Positions 11,195 to 22,581 of a stretch of 64,000 nt of DNA are shown here, piece after piece. The translations under genes and the position numbers were made by a program. Where the stretch lies: positions 4,216,001-4,280,000 of the forward strand of contig CM060734.1 of the NCBI GenBank assembly GCA_030704615.1, given 5' to 3'. A model generated the notes under the pieces. That model was not told the origin of the DNA and searched no databases. It saw nothing but the letters and a program-made list of their open reading frames with translations. The DNA is from Takakia lepidozioides. Taxonomy: Eukaryota > Plantae > Bryophyta. Position 1 is the first letter of the stretch. Each line of letters begins with the position of its first letter.

Positions 11195-13722
11195 CCTGGG
11201 TCATGAACAACCAGATGTGACAGGCATCTGGTGGGATCAAGGTGGTTGGAGAATTAAAGAATTTGATGTGAATCAAATTCCCTGTAAAACTGAGAAGGAA
11301 ATATTGTCCAAACAATTCTTTCAGAGGTTCTTGGAATTGCTAGACGGTCGTAAAGAAAACATTCTTAAGAGAGTGCATGATGCTGACCATGAGTGGGGTC
11401 TGGAGAAAGGGGTGATAAAGATTTATCAGGTGGCCTGTAGAGGAAGAGCACGTTGGTTACCAACACTGGTTTATGTGATAGCATTGCTATCCATTAAGCG
11501 ACTAGAGTTTGAAGGCTGGGAGGAAAGGAAGGTGAATGTTTATACTCATATGCATGAAGAGCTTGTACTGGTAAAGAATTGGATTCCAAAGGATATTCTG
11601 TGGATCAAACTCACACCAAGAACAGCTTTCCAGACTTGTTTGTCATATGGTTATATGGTAACGGAGACTTCTAGTATAGCCAAGGGTGCATTGAAGCTTG
11701 AAAGAAACCCAGGCATATACGAGAGATACTACAGAAGAGAGATTTGGTTATTGCCACATTAAAGAAATGAAAGACATGGGACATGAGTGATGAAAGAGAA
11801 GCTAGACTCCAGAGATATTCAGCAAAAAGAGAAAGTTATCTGAAAGCTAATTATCCATATCTTTGGGAGAGAGGAATAGACATAGGGGAATCATCTGGAC
11901 CTCTCACACCATTAAGATCAGAGAGTATATCACCCATACCGGAAGAACTAGAGTTGGATGCCACTCCTTCTTTTTCTTTGCAAGAAAGATTAAGGGAATT
12001 GATACTGGAAGAAGATCAACCACGAGGTGAAAGATCTGAGGTACATCCCTGGATAAAAGATTTGACAGAAATCTTTGATAAGAGTTGGCATGGAACACCA
12101 AAAGCAGGAACTCCAGTTTCTGAAACGGAAGGTGAAGAAGGAGGAGAGGATGTGGCAGAGCCAACGGAGAGTTCAGACTCTCCAACACCATTGCAGTTGA
12201 GTTACATGAGTGAAGAAGAAACCCAAGGGCAGAACTTGGAGGATGAAAACAGAGAGAAGAAATTGGAAGAGGAAGAGTATGAAGAAGTAGACCCAACAGC
12301 TGAGGTTGAGACTACAACCAGGACATCCCAACCCGTTGGACCTGGATCAAGTGGAGCACTTGGAGCACCGAAGGTGTCGGCTCAGGGGGATCAGGCGGGT
12401 AGCTTGGATCTGGCTCTGGGGGGACAGGGAGTGTGGGAAGTAGTGCAACTGGAGCTGGGAATACTGTGAATATTGTGGGGCCAGTAGCAGGGAGTGCTCA
12501 GGGGCCACCACTTGGTGGAAGTTCCACCACAACTACAACAGGTCCTCAAGGACCAGCACCAGCAAGGGGGCCAGCATCTGTCAGTGGGCAGAAGGTAGGG
12601 CCACAGATGGCGTTACAACCAACACGGGCAAAACCACCTTTTCCAATATATTCAGGAAAAGGGGATCCTGATGTACACATTAGCCAATTTGAGCACATGT
12701 GTATTGTGAACAATGAGAATGGCGATGATGCCAAGATGAGATTGTTTCCTTGTTCACTTATCAAGAAAGCAAGTGAATGGTATGCAAGATTCCCTGATAA
12801 TCATTTCCTAACCTGGAATGGCTTGAATACAACATTCCGAAATAGGTTCAGGACAAGTAAAACTGAGGATGAAGTGTATGGAAGTTTACAACAGTTAAAG
12901 CAAAAGAAGCATGAAACTGTTGAGGAGTATATGGAAAAGATGGAATTGATGATGAAAAAGCTGACTGGTGTACCAGCACCAAGTTTACAGAAGACTTGGT
13001 TTGTGAGTGGACTAAGACCAGAGTTGCAAAAGAAAGTGGATATGTTACCCCATAATACAGTGGAGGAGGCATTTGAAACAGCGAACAGAATTGAGCAATT
13101 GGGAATGCTCAGGAGAGAGAAAAGGGATGATGAGGACTCTGAGGATGAGTCAGATGAGGAAGAAGAGCAAGAGTTGAAAAGGAAGAGTAAGAGGAAGGAA
13201 AAGTTGAAGAGGGATAACTATGAGAAAAGATTAGAAGAAATCTTGAAGAAGTATGCCACAGAGGCTGCAACACATTGGAGGAAGGGTGTTTGGTGTGCAA
13301 AGTGCCAGAATGAAGGCCATACCACCACTGAATGCCACATGAAGAAGAAACATTGTACTATCTGTAAGATGGATAACCATTCTACTGAGAATTGTTACTA
13401 CAACAGAAGGACAGCTGCAAGAGAACCTAGGCAAGTAAGGGTGCATCAAGTGCAGCCCCAGCCAAGAAGAAATAGTGATCAGGACCACTATGGTAGGCCT
13501 GGTGGTTATAACAATGGTATGGAAGGGAGATGTAATCCAAGAGGGAATTACCAAGGAAATTCCAGGGGCAACTATCAGGGTAATCCAAGGGGGAACTACC
13601 AACCAGGGAATCAGGATTACAGAAATAATCCTAGAGCAGATCAAGGGCGAGGACCCAATGGTGAAGAACTGTGTTACTATTGTAATCAGGCAGGACATCG
13701 CAAGGCAGCCTGTCCATTCTAG
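11190..13722 (+). pseudogene. gag: Gag with long N-terminal extension and three CCHC knuckles (frameshifted)
   Basis: YSGKGDPDVHISQF...LFPCSL..ASEWY capsid motif; CAKCQNEGHTTTEC, CTICKMDNHSTENC, CYYCNQAGHRKAAC; NPRGNYQG repeats. Confidence 0.85.
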
Positions 13723-13740
13723 ATCAGACACCAGAATGAG

Positions 13741-16700
13741 ATGAGAGCTCCTGTGAATGAGGGGCTAGTGGTGGCAGCTCACATGGTTAGGCCATGTGTT
13801 GTACCAGAAGTAAATACAATGATAGTAACGAGAAGCAAAGCCAAACTAATACCTCCAGTAGATGAGGAAGATGATAATAATGAAGATGGCGGTGATGTGC
13901 CTGAAGATGATGAGGCTTGGAGAGATGAGAAGGAACTGCACAAGGAAGTGGCAGATACCATAAGGGAAATGCAGAAGAGTACTGATATTCCTATGGCAGA
14001 TTCCTCTGATTCTGAAAGAGAAGAGGAAGTGAGTGAGGATGAAGGGAAGAAAGAAGCTGCAGACATGCAGAGTAATGAAGGGACTTTGGCTGAAGTAATA
14101 TGCCAGTCCAAAGCGGAGATTACCATTGGACAGCTATTGGCTGTGGCACCTTATTGTAGACACAGGCTGTATCAAGCAATCAATCGAATTGCCATGTGAC
14201 AGGGAACACAGACCTGAACAGCAAGGTGACCAGTTATAATGTGAAGCCGGAAGGGCGAGAAACAGTCATGGACTTTGATGATTCTATGCCAGTAATCCAA
14301 TTGAGAATTGGAAGCACAAAACTAACTGATGTACTGATAGATGGAGGCTCTGGAGTGAATATCATGACAGACCAATTAAGGCAGAAGCTTGGTCTAAGTA
14401 ACATGAAGCCAGCCCCATTTACACTAACAATGGCAGATCAAAGAAGTGTACAGCCACTGGGATTGATAAGAGGAGTTAAGATACAGATTCAAAAGATGAT
14501 CTTTATGATCACAGTAACTGTGTTAAAAATGGATGAAGTCATGGAAGCTTACTCCTTATTGTTGGGACGTCTGTGGCTGAAACAGGCCAGGGTATTCCAT
14601 GACTGGAATTCCCAGTTACTAACTGTGCATGATGGGATGCACAAGATACAAATTACCACTAAGAAATCTAGTAGATTACCTGCTACGAGAAGACCTCGAG
14701 GGGTCAGAGAGTATGACTGGAGGGGAGGACTTGTTTAGGAGCAGGAAGCTACCCTGTTCGCTGCACACCCAGAGTGGGAGCAGGTTGCAGAGATGCAGCT
14801 GGAAGGTATATGTTGTGGTGTAGTGACAACAACACCAATTGAAGGTGAAACAAGCAATTACCCACCACATTTCTATGAAGAAAGAGAAGGAGAAATGGAA
14901 ATCCTAGAGGAACCAGCCACTGTGAGTTTATAGGATGAAGTGGTGACTGGTTGGACAATCACAGCTGATGAGCAGGTGAGAGAAATAAATGTGGGAACTG
15001 AAGCGGAACCGAGGGTGGTGAAGGTAGGGGCTGATTTGGAGCCAGAATTCTTTGAGGAAGCTAAGAGTTTGTTCATCAAATACAGAGATGTATTTGCTTG
15101 GAGCTACGAGGATCTAAAAGGGATACCACTTGAGATCTGTCCCACTTGAACTGGAACCAGGGTCAGTACCAATCAAACATGCAAGGTACAGAATGAATCC
15201 CAACTATGCACAGAAGGTTGGAGAAGAGATTAAGAAGTTGGCTGAGGCTAAGTTTATATACCCGATAGAGTATACAACTTGGTTGTCACCCATTGTGATA
15301 GTTCCCAAGAAGAATGGTAAACTGAGAGTTTGTGTGAACTATAAGAAGTTGAATGCTTGCACGAAGAAAGATCCTTTCCCTTTGCCATTCACAGAAGCGG
15401 TATTGGACACTGTGGCAGGCCATGAGATGTACTCATTCATGGATGGCTTCAGTGGTTATAATCAAGTGCAAGTGGTAGAAGAAGACCAGGGAAAGACAGC
15501 TTTCATCACAAACTGGGGTGCTTATGCATACAAAGTCATGCCTTTGGGACTTTGTAATGCACCAGCAACCTTTCAGAGAGTGATAAGTGAATCTTTTCAT
15601 GCAGGTGTTCTTGGATGATTTCAGTGTGTACAGCTCTAAGAATGAGCACTTGCATAAATTGGAGTTATGTTTGGCCAGATGCAGGATGAGAGGTCTGGGC
15701 CTAATCCAGAGAAGTGTACTTTCTGTGTGAACTCAGGGGTGCTTTTGGGACACATTGTGTGTAAGAGGGGACTTCTTGTGGATCCCAGGAAGACAGAGGC
15801 CATTAAAGCCTCTCCACCACTAGTAAATGTTAAGAGTCTAAGGAGATTCCTTAGACAAATCAATTATTACAGAAGATTTGTCAAAAGGTATGCACATATA
15901 GCAGCACCATGGAGCAACCTTCTGAAGAAAGATGCAGTGTTTGCATGGACAGCTGAATGTCAACAGACTTTTGAGGAACTTACATTGTCAGTAACAACTA
16001 CACCTGAGCTGATTAACCCTCACTGGCATGTAGTATTTCATGTTCACTGTGATGCCTCAGGAGAAGCGTTGGGAGCGGTGTTAGCCCAAAATGTTACAGG
16101 AAATATAGATTCACCTGTGTACTATGCTAGCAGGTTGATGAACAGTGCTGAAATGAACTATAGCACAACTGAAAGAGAAGCACTGGCAATGATTTATGCA
16201 GTCAAGAAATTCAGGCATTACCTATTGGGAAGAAAATTTATGTTTTATGTGGATCACCAGGCTCTGATATATCTGGTGAACAAACCTTTGATAAGTGGAA
16301 GGATAGCAAGGTGGTTAATAATCTTGCACGAGTTTGAGTTCGAAGTTGTTTACAAGCCTGGCCGTTTGCATCTTGTGGCAGATCATTTGTCACGCCTAAC
16401 AACAGGAGAGCCCGCCACAGGATTAGATGACCAATTACCTGATGCGAGTTTATTTGCAATGGAGGTGCAGGGAAGTGCAGATGAATGGTTAGATTGGCAG
16501 TGGCCAATCAGATACTACCTTACTCATAGTCAGTGCCCACCTAGTTATGGTAAGGAGCAGAGGAAGAGAATCGTTATCAAGGCTTTACCTTATACTATGG
16601 TAGGGGGCAGAATGTATAAGCTAGGACCTGATGGAGTACTTAAACGATGCTTGTACCACCATGAAGTAAATAAAGTCTTGGAGGAAGTTCATAAAGGAGT

Positions 16701-17856
16701 GGCTGGAGGTCATTTTGGAGAAGAGACTACCAGTAGGAAGATACTACTTGCAGGTTACTGGTGGCCTACTTTGTTCAAAGATGTACACAAGTATTGTCAA
16801 AGTCGTGATGAATGTCAGAGGCTAGGACCTTTGCAGAGATCTGGGAAGATGGCTTTGCATCCTACGATGCCTACTGAACCATTTCAGAAATGGGGACTAG
16901 ATTTTGTTTGACCAATTAACCCACCGGCCAAGAATACACAGAACAAGTACATAATTACAGCCACTGATTATACTACGAAGTGGGTGGCAGCTAAAGCTCT
17001 GAGGGACAACACAGCCAAGTCCACAGCAAGGTTCCTGTATGAGAACATACTTACACGATTTGGCTGTCCCTTGGAATTTATCGGTGACCAGGGAAGTCAC
17101 TTCATTAATGAGACCATTGAACTATTGACTAAAGAGTTCATGATTGTGCATAGGAAGAGTACAACGTATTACCCACAGGGTAATGGGCAGGCAGAGGCTA
17201 CCAACAAAATACTATGTACTATCTTGGCTAAGATAGTCAATGCAAACAGAACGGATTGGGATACAAAGCTGCTGACAGCTTTGTGGTCATACAGGACTTC
17301 ATATAAAGTCACCACTAAGTATACACCATTCCAATTAGTTTATGGTATGGAAGCTTTACTTCCAGTGGAATTCTTGTTACCTACCATGAGAACTGAATGG
17401 GGAAAGAGAATGGAATTGGAAGATTCAATTAAGGTCAGGAAACATGAATTATACCATGTGGAAGAAGTACATGCTGATGCAGCTGATAACATGACCAGAA
17501 TTCAGATGAAGAGGAAAGAACAGTTTGATGAAGGCAAATTAAAGACTTTTAAGACAAGAGATTTGGTTCTCTGGTTGCAGAAGAATGGGAAGATTAAAGC
17601 TTCTAAGCTTAAATCACCATGGAAGGGACCTTATGTCATACAAAAGATGTATGATAACAACACAGCCATGTTACAAACCATTAACAAAGAGATGTTGGGA
17701 AGAGTCAATGCCAATAAATTGAAGGGGTACAGTGGTATCCATGACAAACCATTGCAGCACGATTTGCATGTTGAAACGCAAAAGCAATCACGGGCTGCGC
17801 CAGTGATACCAACGGAGTATGGAGCACTTGTCGTTAAGCCGAGCGTGTATGACTAG
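13741..17856 (+). pseudogene. pol: Pol (protease, RT, RNase H, integrase) with several stops and frameshifts
   Basis: LIDGGSGVN; FMDGFSGYNQ; FLDD at ~15608-15619; CDASG..TTEREALA; GGHFG..YWWP; WGLDF; DQGSHF; GQAE; WKGPY. Confidence 0.95.
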
Positions 17857-17873
17857 GGCGGGAAGTACAAGTG

Positions 17874-17985
17874 TCACACAGCCTATCACAGCCCATCACA
17901 GCGTGACACAGCCTATCACAGTCCACCACAGTGCCACACAGTCTATCACAGCCCAACACAACCCATACAGGTTACACAGTCCATA
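17874..17985 (+). repeat. Internal copy of the LTR CACAGCC minisatellite
   Basis: CACAGCCTATCACAGCCCATCACAGC repeats just after the pol stop. Confidence 0.85.
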
Positions 17986-18685
17986 GGGTCCGTGACAGGT
18001 GGACACGAATTAACGTTAGAAAAGTGGCCATCAAGTGAAGAAAAAGTTTGGAAGTCAAACTTGGAGAATGTGCCACGCGGAGAGGGGAAGTCGGGGGCAT
18101 GTTTAGAAACGGACACGTGGCCGCTAAGGCGAAGCACACCGCGCTGCATCGATTGCAAAAGTGAGTTTCATCATGCAAGAGGACAAATCGGGCCGTCAAA
18201 GTACCTACCCGGTACAGCAACTAATACAAATTGTGGGCCCATTAATGCATTCAGTGTAAGGGTAACGGAACCCTTTCCGAGTAAAAAAAAAAAAACCTAT
18301 GCCACATGTGCTGTCCTACTGGACATTCCAGGTGGGAATGTCCATGGAGGGGGGTGGAATTAAGAAATTACCTAAGCAGTCCACAGCCAATCAGGAGTGC
18401 GAATTACATGCAGGTAGTTCCCTCCAAGAAACAAGAACAAGAAATAGGAAGTGTTATGAGCGGAAGAGTCGGGGTGGCTCGGAATACCCAAGGTCTTGAC
18501 GGCAGGGGCAATCAAAGACTAGTTTTGTAGCTATGGCAGATGTAACGGATTACACACTCGCTTTACTTCTCACGCAGTGGCGCAAGGACGGAAGCATTGA
18601 GAGTACATTTTCTCTCACTCGTTACTTGCAAGCCCCATAGGCTTACACGCACTTACCTGTTCCATTCTGTGCCAACCATACCTTC

Positions 18686-21082
18686 ATGCTCTGTGCCCTG
18701 CAAGCTTTCCTTCAATTGTTTCAAACAAAGTCTTTCTGTTTGTCTAGAATGAAGAGAGTGAGGGGAATGGAGGATATCAGGGTGAAGAGCACCACGATAC
18801 TGCAAAAGCAAACAATTGCAGCACCACAGGTAGTACAGTTGCTAAGGGAGTTGCGATCGGAGGGGCTGCTACGCAAGGACTGGTCCTTGCATCATCGGCA
18901 GTTCATGATACAATTTCTTCAGAATTTTGAGCCTCGGACGGGAGTTACTCAGGTGAAGGGAGTAGATATAGAAATTACTCCCCAGTACCTGCAGCAATTG
19001 TTTGATTTGCCATCAAGACATATGGATGTGAATGAGCACAGGGCAAGATTGCAGATAGGGAATTTGTTCCAAGAAGGGAGTTTCTTTAAAACTCAAGGTT
19101 ACGCTTGTACCAAAGCCGAGTACCCAGGGCTTAGGGAAGTTGGCCAAATATTGAACGTTCTGTTTGCCATGAAACAGAACCAACAGTATTTGAGCAGGTC
19201 ATTCACAGAGGAGATCCTGAAAGCTTTGAGGGGAGAGGATGTCGCTTGGGCGGAGTTAATGTACAACGGATTGGTGGACGAGATGAAGAGGTTACAGGGC
19301 ACTGCTGCTAAGTCTCCAATCATTGTGTCCGGTCTAGTCATTGCCCAAATAATTCTTGATTCTTGCATACTTGATACTCGGGAACGTAAGGAGATGGGAG
19401 TGTTTGAGGCAGAAACCACTGCAATTGAAGAGCAAGGCTCTTCACACAGTGAGGGTGGACTGGCAGGGCAACACCAATCTAAGAGACAGAGGCGGGGTAT
19501 GACTGTAGTGGCGGATCCACTGGCTTCACGGAAACCGCACGATAATGTTTCCCAAGCTCTTGTGCAAGATGGGGCACAGCAGCACAGAAAGCTGTTATTA
19601 TTGGAAGCACAACCTTCGGAAAGGGAAGAGGAAGTCACTTCGATACCACAGCCACCACAACCAATTGACTCAGTTGTTTTAGAGGATCCACAGTTAGTAC
19701 ATGCTGTGACATCACCCCCAATTGCTCTGGAAGGAGAAAGGTTGGACATTCCCACTACAGAGCAAGTCGTGGCAGAAATTGAGAAGGGTGACCTTCTCTA
19801 TGAAAACTCTGGCTTGGTAGGGGAATCAGTGGTTCCAGAGGTGCAGCGGTTGTCCAGGGAAAACCCTAATGTGCATGTAATACCCACACCTATGATGGAG
19901 GTACCAAGGGTAGCATATCAGGACACTGCAGCACCTGTGGCGGATGAGGTGGTTCAGGAAGAGAATCTGGTGGGGCAATGGCCTGAATGGTTGGTGAGGC
20001 ATCACACTGTCAAGGATCAGGAAGAACAGCAGCAAGCTCACCATGATGACCCTCAGCAGGCCATGCTTATGAGTTCCATAAGCAGAACACTTAATTTGTT
20101 GGGCACTTATGGGAAATCCCATGTTCCATCTACCAAATTGGCAGCTTTGAGGGAGGAACTCAGGAAGGAGTTTGAGGTTCGACTTGCCACTGAGTGTGCA
20201 AACAAGGTTGATGAGGAGGTCAATCTCAAGTTACAGCAAGAGTTAGAGGACACAAAGGCTGCTTTGCAATTGGCCAAGGGACATTTGATTGAAGCAGGCC
20301 TTGTGCATGACCAGTTGCACGAAGCACATAAACAACAGTTATACCAAATGCAGGTGAAGCATGAGGGCAAGTTGCAAGAAGTGAATGCAGTACATACAAA
20401 GTTGCAGGCAGTACATGAGAGGATGACCATACAATGTGCTACACTCACAACTACTCTTGAGCAAACTGCATTAGAAGTTAACAGACAAGGGGAGAGATGT
20501 ATGAAGGCAGAGGCAGAGATAATCGAGCAGGCAAAACTCATTGTTGATATGAAGAATACAATCTGTCGCAATGAGAATACTTTCAAGCAATACAGACAGG
20601 TTGAGACTGTCCAAGAGAGGTACATCCTGGAGTTGCAACAAACAGTCATGGTCAATAGAAATGAACTCTCTGTGGCTAACAAGGAAGCCAATAATCTCGC
20701 TGCTGCCTATGCGAGTTTGGTTGAACCTCATGCGAAGCGCATGGAGGCTTTACAACAGCAGTTAGATGTGTACAGACTCACAGAGGAGCAGACTCTCAGA
20801 GGTGCCACACACGACTTGGTGGATAACCACCTTCTGCAGGTCTGGTTAGCACAAGGGCCGGTGGAAGGCAAAGCACCACGGAAGCTCACCCAGGGCGAGA
20901 TGAATGAGCTCAGACTGCAGGTGCAGAACATTGCTACAACTACTATAAACAATATCTATAGTAGGATAGCGGAGCTACAGGAGGATGTAGAAGGCCTGCA
21001 GACTCAGGTGGATGACCTGAGTTCAAATATTGACAAGAGAGTCTTTGTACCTGAGGAGCAGCTGATGGTTACTTATTTATAG
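18686..21082 (+). CDS. 3' extra ('env-position') ORF of the Athila-like element; N-terminal plant-transposon-type domain plus long coiled coil
   Basis: 798 aa open frame; FMIQFLQNF...VKGVDIEITPQYLQQLFDLP resembles Athila extra-ORF N-termini; heptad-rich C half; homolog on the minus strand at 7906-10250. Confidence 0.75.
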   Translation: MLCALQAFLQLFQTKSFCLSRMKRVRGMEDIRVKSTTILQKQTIAAPQVVQLLRELRSEGLLRKDWSLHHRQFMIQFLQNFEPRTGVTQVKGVDIEITPQYLQQLFDLPSRHMDVNEHRARLQIGNLFQEGSFFKTQGYACTKAEYPGLREVGQILNVLFAMKQNQQYLSRSFTEEILKALRGEDVAWAELMYNGLVDEMKRLQGTAAKSPIIVSGLVIAQIILDSCILDTRERKEMGVFEAETTAIEEQGSSHSEGGLAGQHQSKRQRRGMTVVADPLASRKPHDNVSQALVQDGAQQHRKLLLLEAQPSEREEEVTSIPQPPQPIDSVVLEDPQLVHAVTSPPIALEGERLDIPTTEQVVAEIEKGDLLYENSGLVGESVVPEVQRLSRENPNVHVIPTPMMEVPRVAYQDTAAPVADEVVQEENLVGQWPEWLVRHHTVKDQEEQQQAHHDDPQQAMLMSSISRTLNLLGTYGKSHVPSTKLAALREELRKEFEVRLATECANKVDEEVNLKLQQELEDTKAALQLAKGHLIEAGLVHDQLHEAHKQQLYQMQVKHEGKLQEVNAVHTKLQAVHERMTIQCATLTTTLEQTALEVNRQGERCMKAEAEIIEQAKLIVDMKNTICRNENTFKQYRQVETVQERYILELQQTVMVNRNELSVANKEANNLAAAYASLVEPHAKRMEALQQQLDVYRLTEEQTLRGATHDLVDNHLLQVWLAQGPVEGKAPRKLTQGEMNELRLQVQNIATTTINNIYSRIAELQEDVEGLQTQVDDLSSNIDKRVFVPEEQLMVTYL

Positions 21083-21269
21083 GCCAGAACTCTAATTTTT
21101 CAGTCTTCTTTGCAAGGGGTGCAGGAGATGCCAGTGGTAGAAGGGCCAGTGGTACCAATACCACAACAAGTGACTGTGCAAGTAGCTGACCCAGTTGTTA
21201 CTACAGCCACACCACAGCTTGAGGTATGGGGGGATGCTAACCCACCTAAGACTCCTGCTGCACGGTACA

Positions 21270-21750
21270 CAAAAGGTCTGACAGCGGCCCTGCAATCTTG
21301 GCAAAATTTCTCACATACTTCCGGTAATAGGAGGCGAGTCCTAGGAAGGATCGCACTCCCGGGACCGAAGTCGGAGGCTCCCAGTCCAAGATCGCCCTCA
21401 CCTTTCTGTCATCCATTTTGATCCCATCCTGTGTAATTACATGCCCTAGGAACTCCACTTTTGTGACCCCAAATTCGCACTTTGAAGCTTTGGAATACAG
21501 CTTCCCTTCCCGCAATTTCTGGAACACCCTTTGAGGTGCTCCAGGTGCTCTTCCTTTGTTTTTGAGTACACCAAGATGTCGTCAATGTACGTGATCACAA
21601 AGTCATCCAACTACTCCTAGAAAAGGCTGTTCATTAGCGTGCTAAAGGTTGCGGGTGCGTTGGTGAGCCCAAAAGGCATCACCAAGAACTCATATGAACC
21701 ATATCTTGTTTTGCACGCGGTCTTCTCCTCATCTCCATCCGCCACTCGGA
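21270..21750 (-). pseudogene. Chromovirus RT core fragment
   Basis: [61 protein letters not shown]. Confidence 0.95.
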
Positions 21751-21822
21751 TGAAGTCGTCTCGGGCGGAGTGGGCTCCACGTGCCTGCCAGAGTTCATCA
21801 CCCGAATGGAAATATGGCGCCT
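21748..21822 (+). repeat. Single unit of the 1967-3200 array
   Basis: GGATGAAGTCGTCTCGGG..GGGCTCCACGTG.CTGCCAGA..ATGGAAATATGGCGCC matches 2030-2105. Confidence 0.9.
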
Positions 21823-22581
21823 TTTTTCGGGCAGATGAAGTCCTGTCGGGGTATGACTCGGACAGGTGTTGCCCTGGACAAGTTCGCAACCTGTCACAAT
21901 TATTCCCGGCGGCCCGCATTTATGTTCCGCCATCTTCCTTTTTGAACCCGGATCGTCCGCACGGATTCCATGCTAGCTTCCTGGCTACGCCTGGAGCCAC
22001 TGATGTGACGTGTGGATGAAGTTCCTTTCTCCTAATGCCACAACGCATTACGCGTTCGATTTTACTGTTAGTCGGACTTATGCCGCGTGGAGAAGGGCGA
22101 GGCTCTCCTCAGAGAAACCCCCCATCGAGGCCGCGGCGCAAACTGAAACCTTTGTACTACGGGCCACGACCAACGTCTCGCATGGCCAGACTGAAGCTAC
22201 AACAAGAGATACCCTTGTCTTGCTCGCAGTCCGCGCTAACTGAAGCCGAGCACTCTGAGGTGAGCGCATGTTTCTTCCGCTTTTTGTAGATGTGTCATCC
22301 TCTTCTTCGCGCCCGAACATTTTCTCTGTGCTTCTGCATGTGCGATTGCAAATGATTATTGGCGATTACTTGTATTTGCTTTCATGCTTATCTGTAGGAA
22401 CATAGTTGTTTTTGCTTTCATGCTTATCCCTACTCTGCCTGTCATGACTGTTGATTTGATTTGGATGGTGCCGCCCGTGTTGGGGATGACAAAGTGAAGA
22501 CGATCGGGACACAGTGGTGGTATCCTCGACTGCTCCAAGTCGACGAGCGGTGACTCCAACCCATCGACCGCAGTCTGACAG

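Larger units (their letters stand above)
10268..21268 (+). mobile_element. Non-chromovirus Ty3/gypsy (Athila/Phygy-like) retrotransposon, both ends truncated
   Basis: LTR ending GCTCGACA at 11174, Arg-type PBS, long gag, PR-RT-RH-INT without chromodomain or additional RNase H, and a large 3' extra ORF. Confidence 0.9.

Noticed and set aside
7526-21268. Minus and plus Athila-like pieces as one element with an inversion
   Set aside because: They overlap by ~1.3 kb of clearly diverged homologous sequence, so they are two separate copies.
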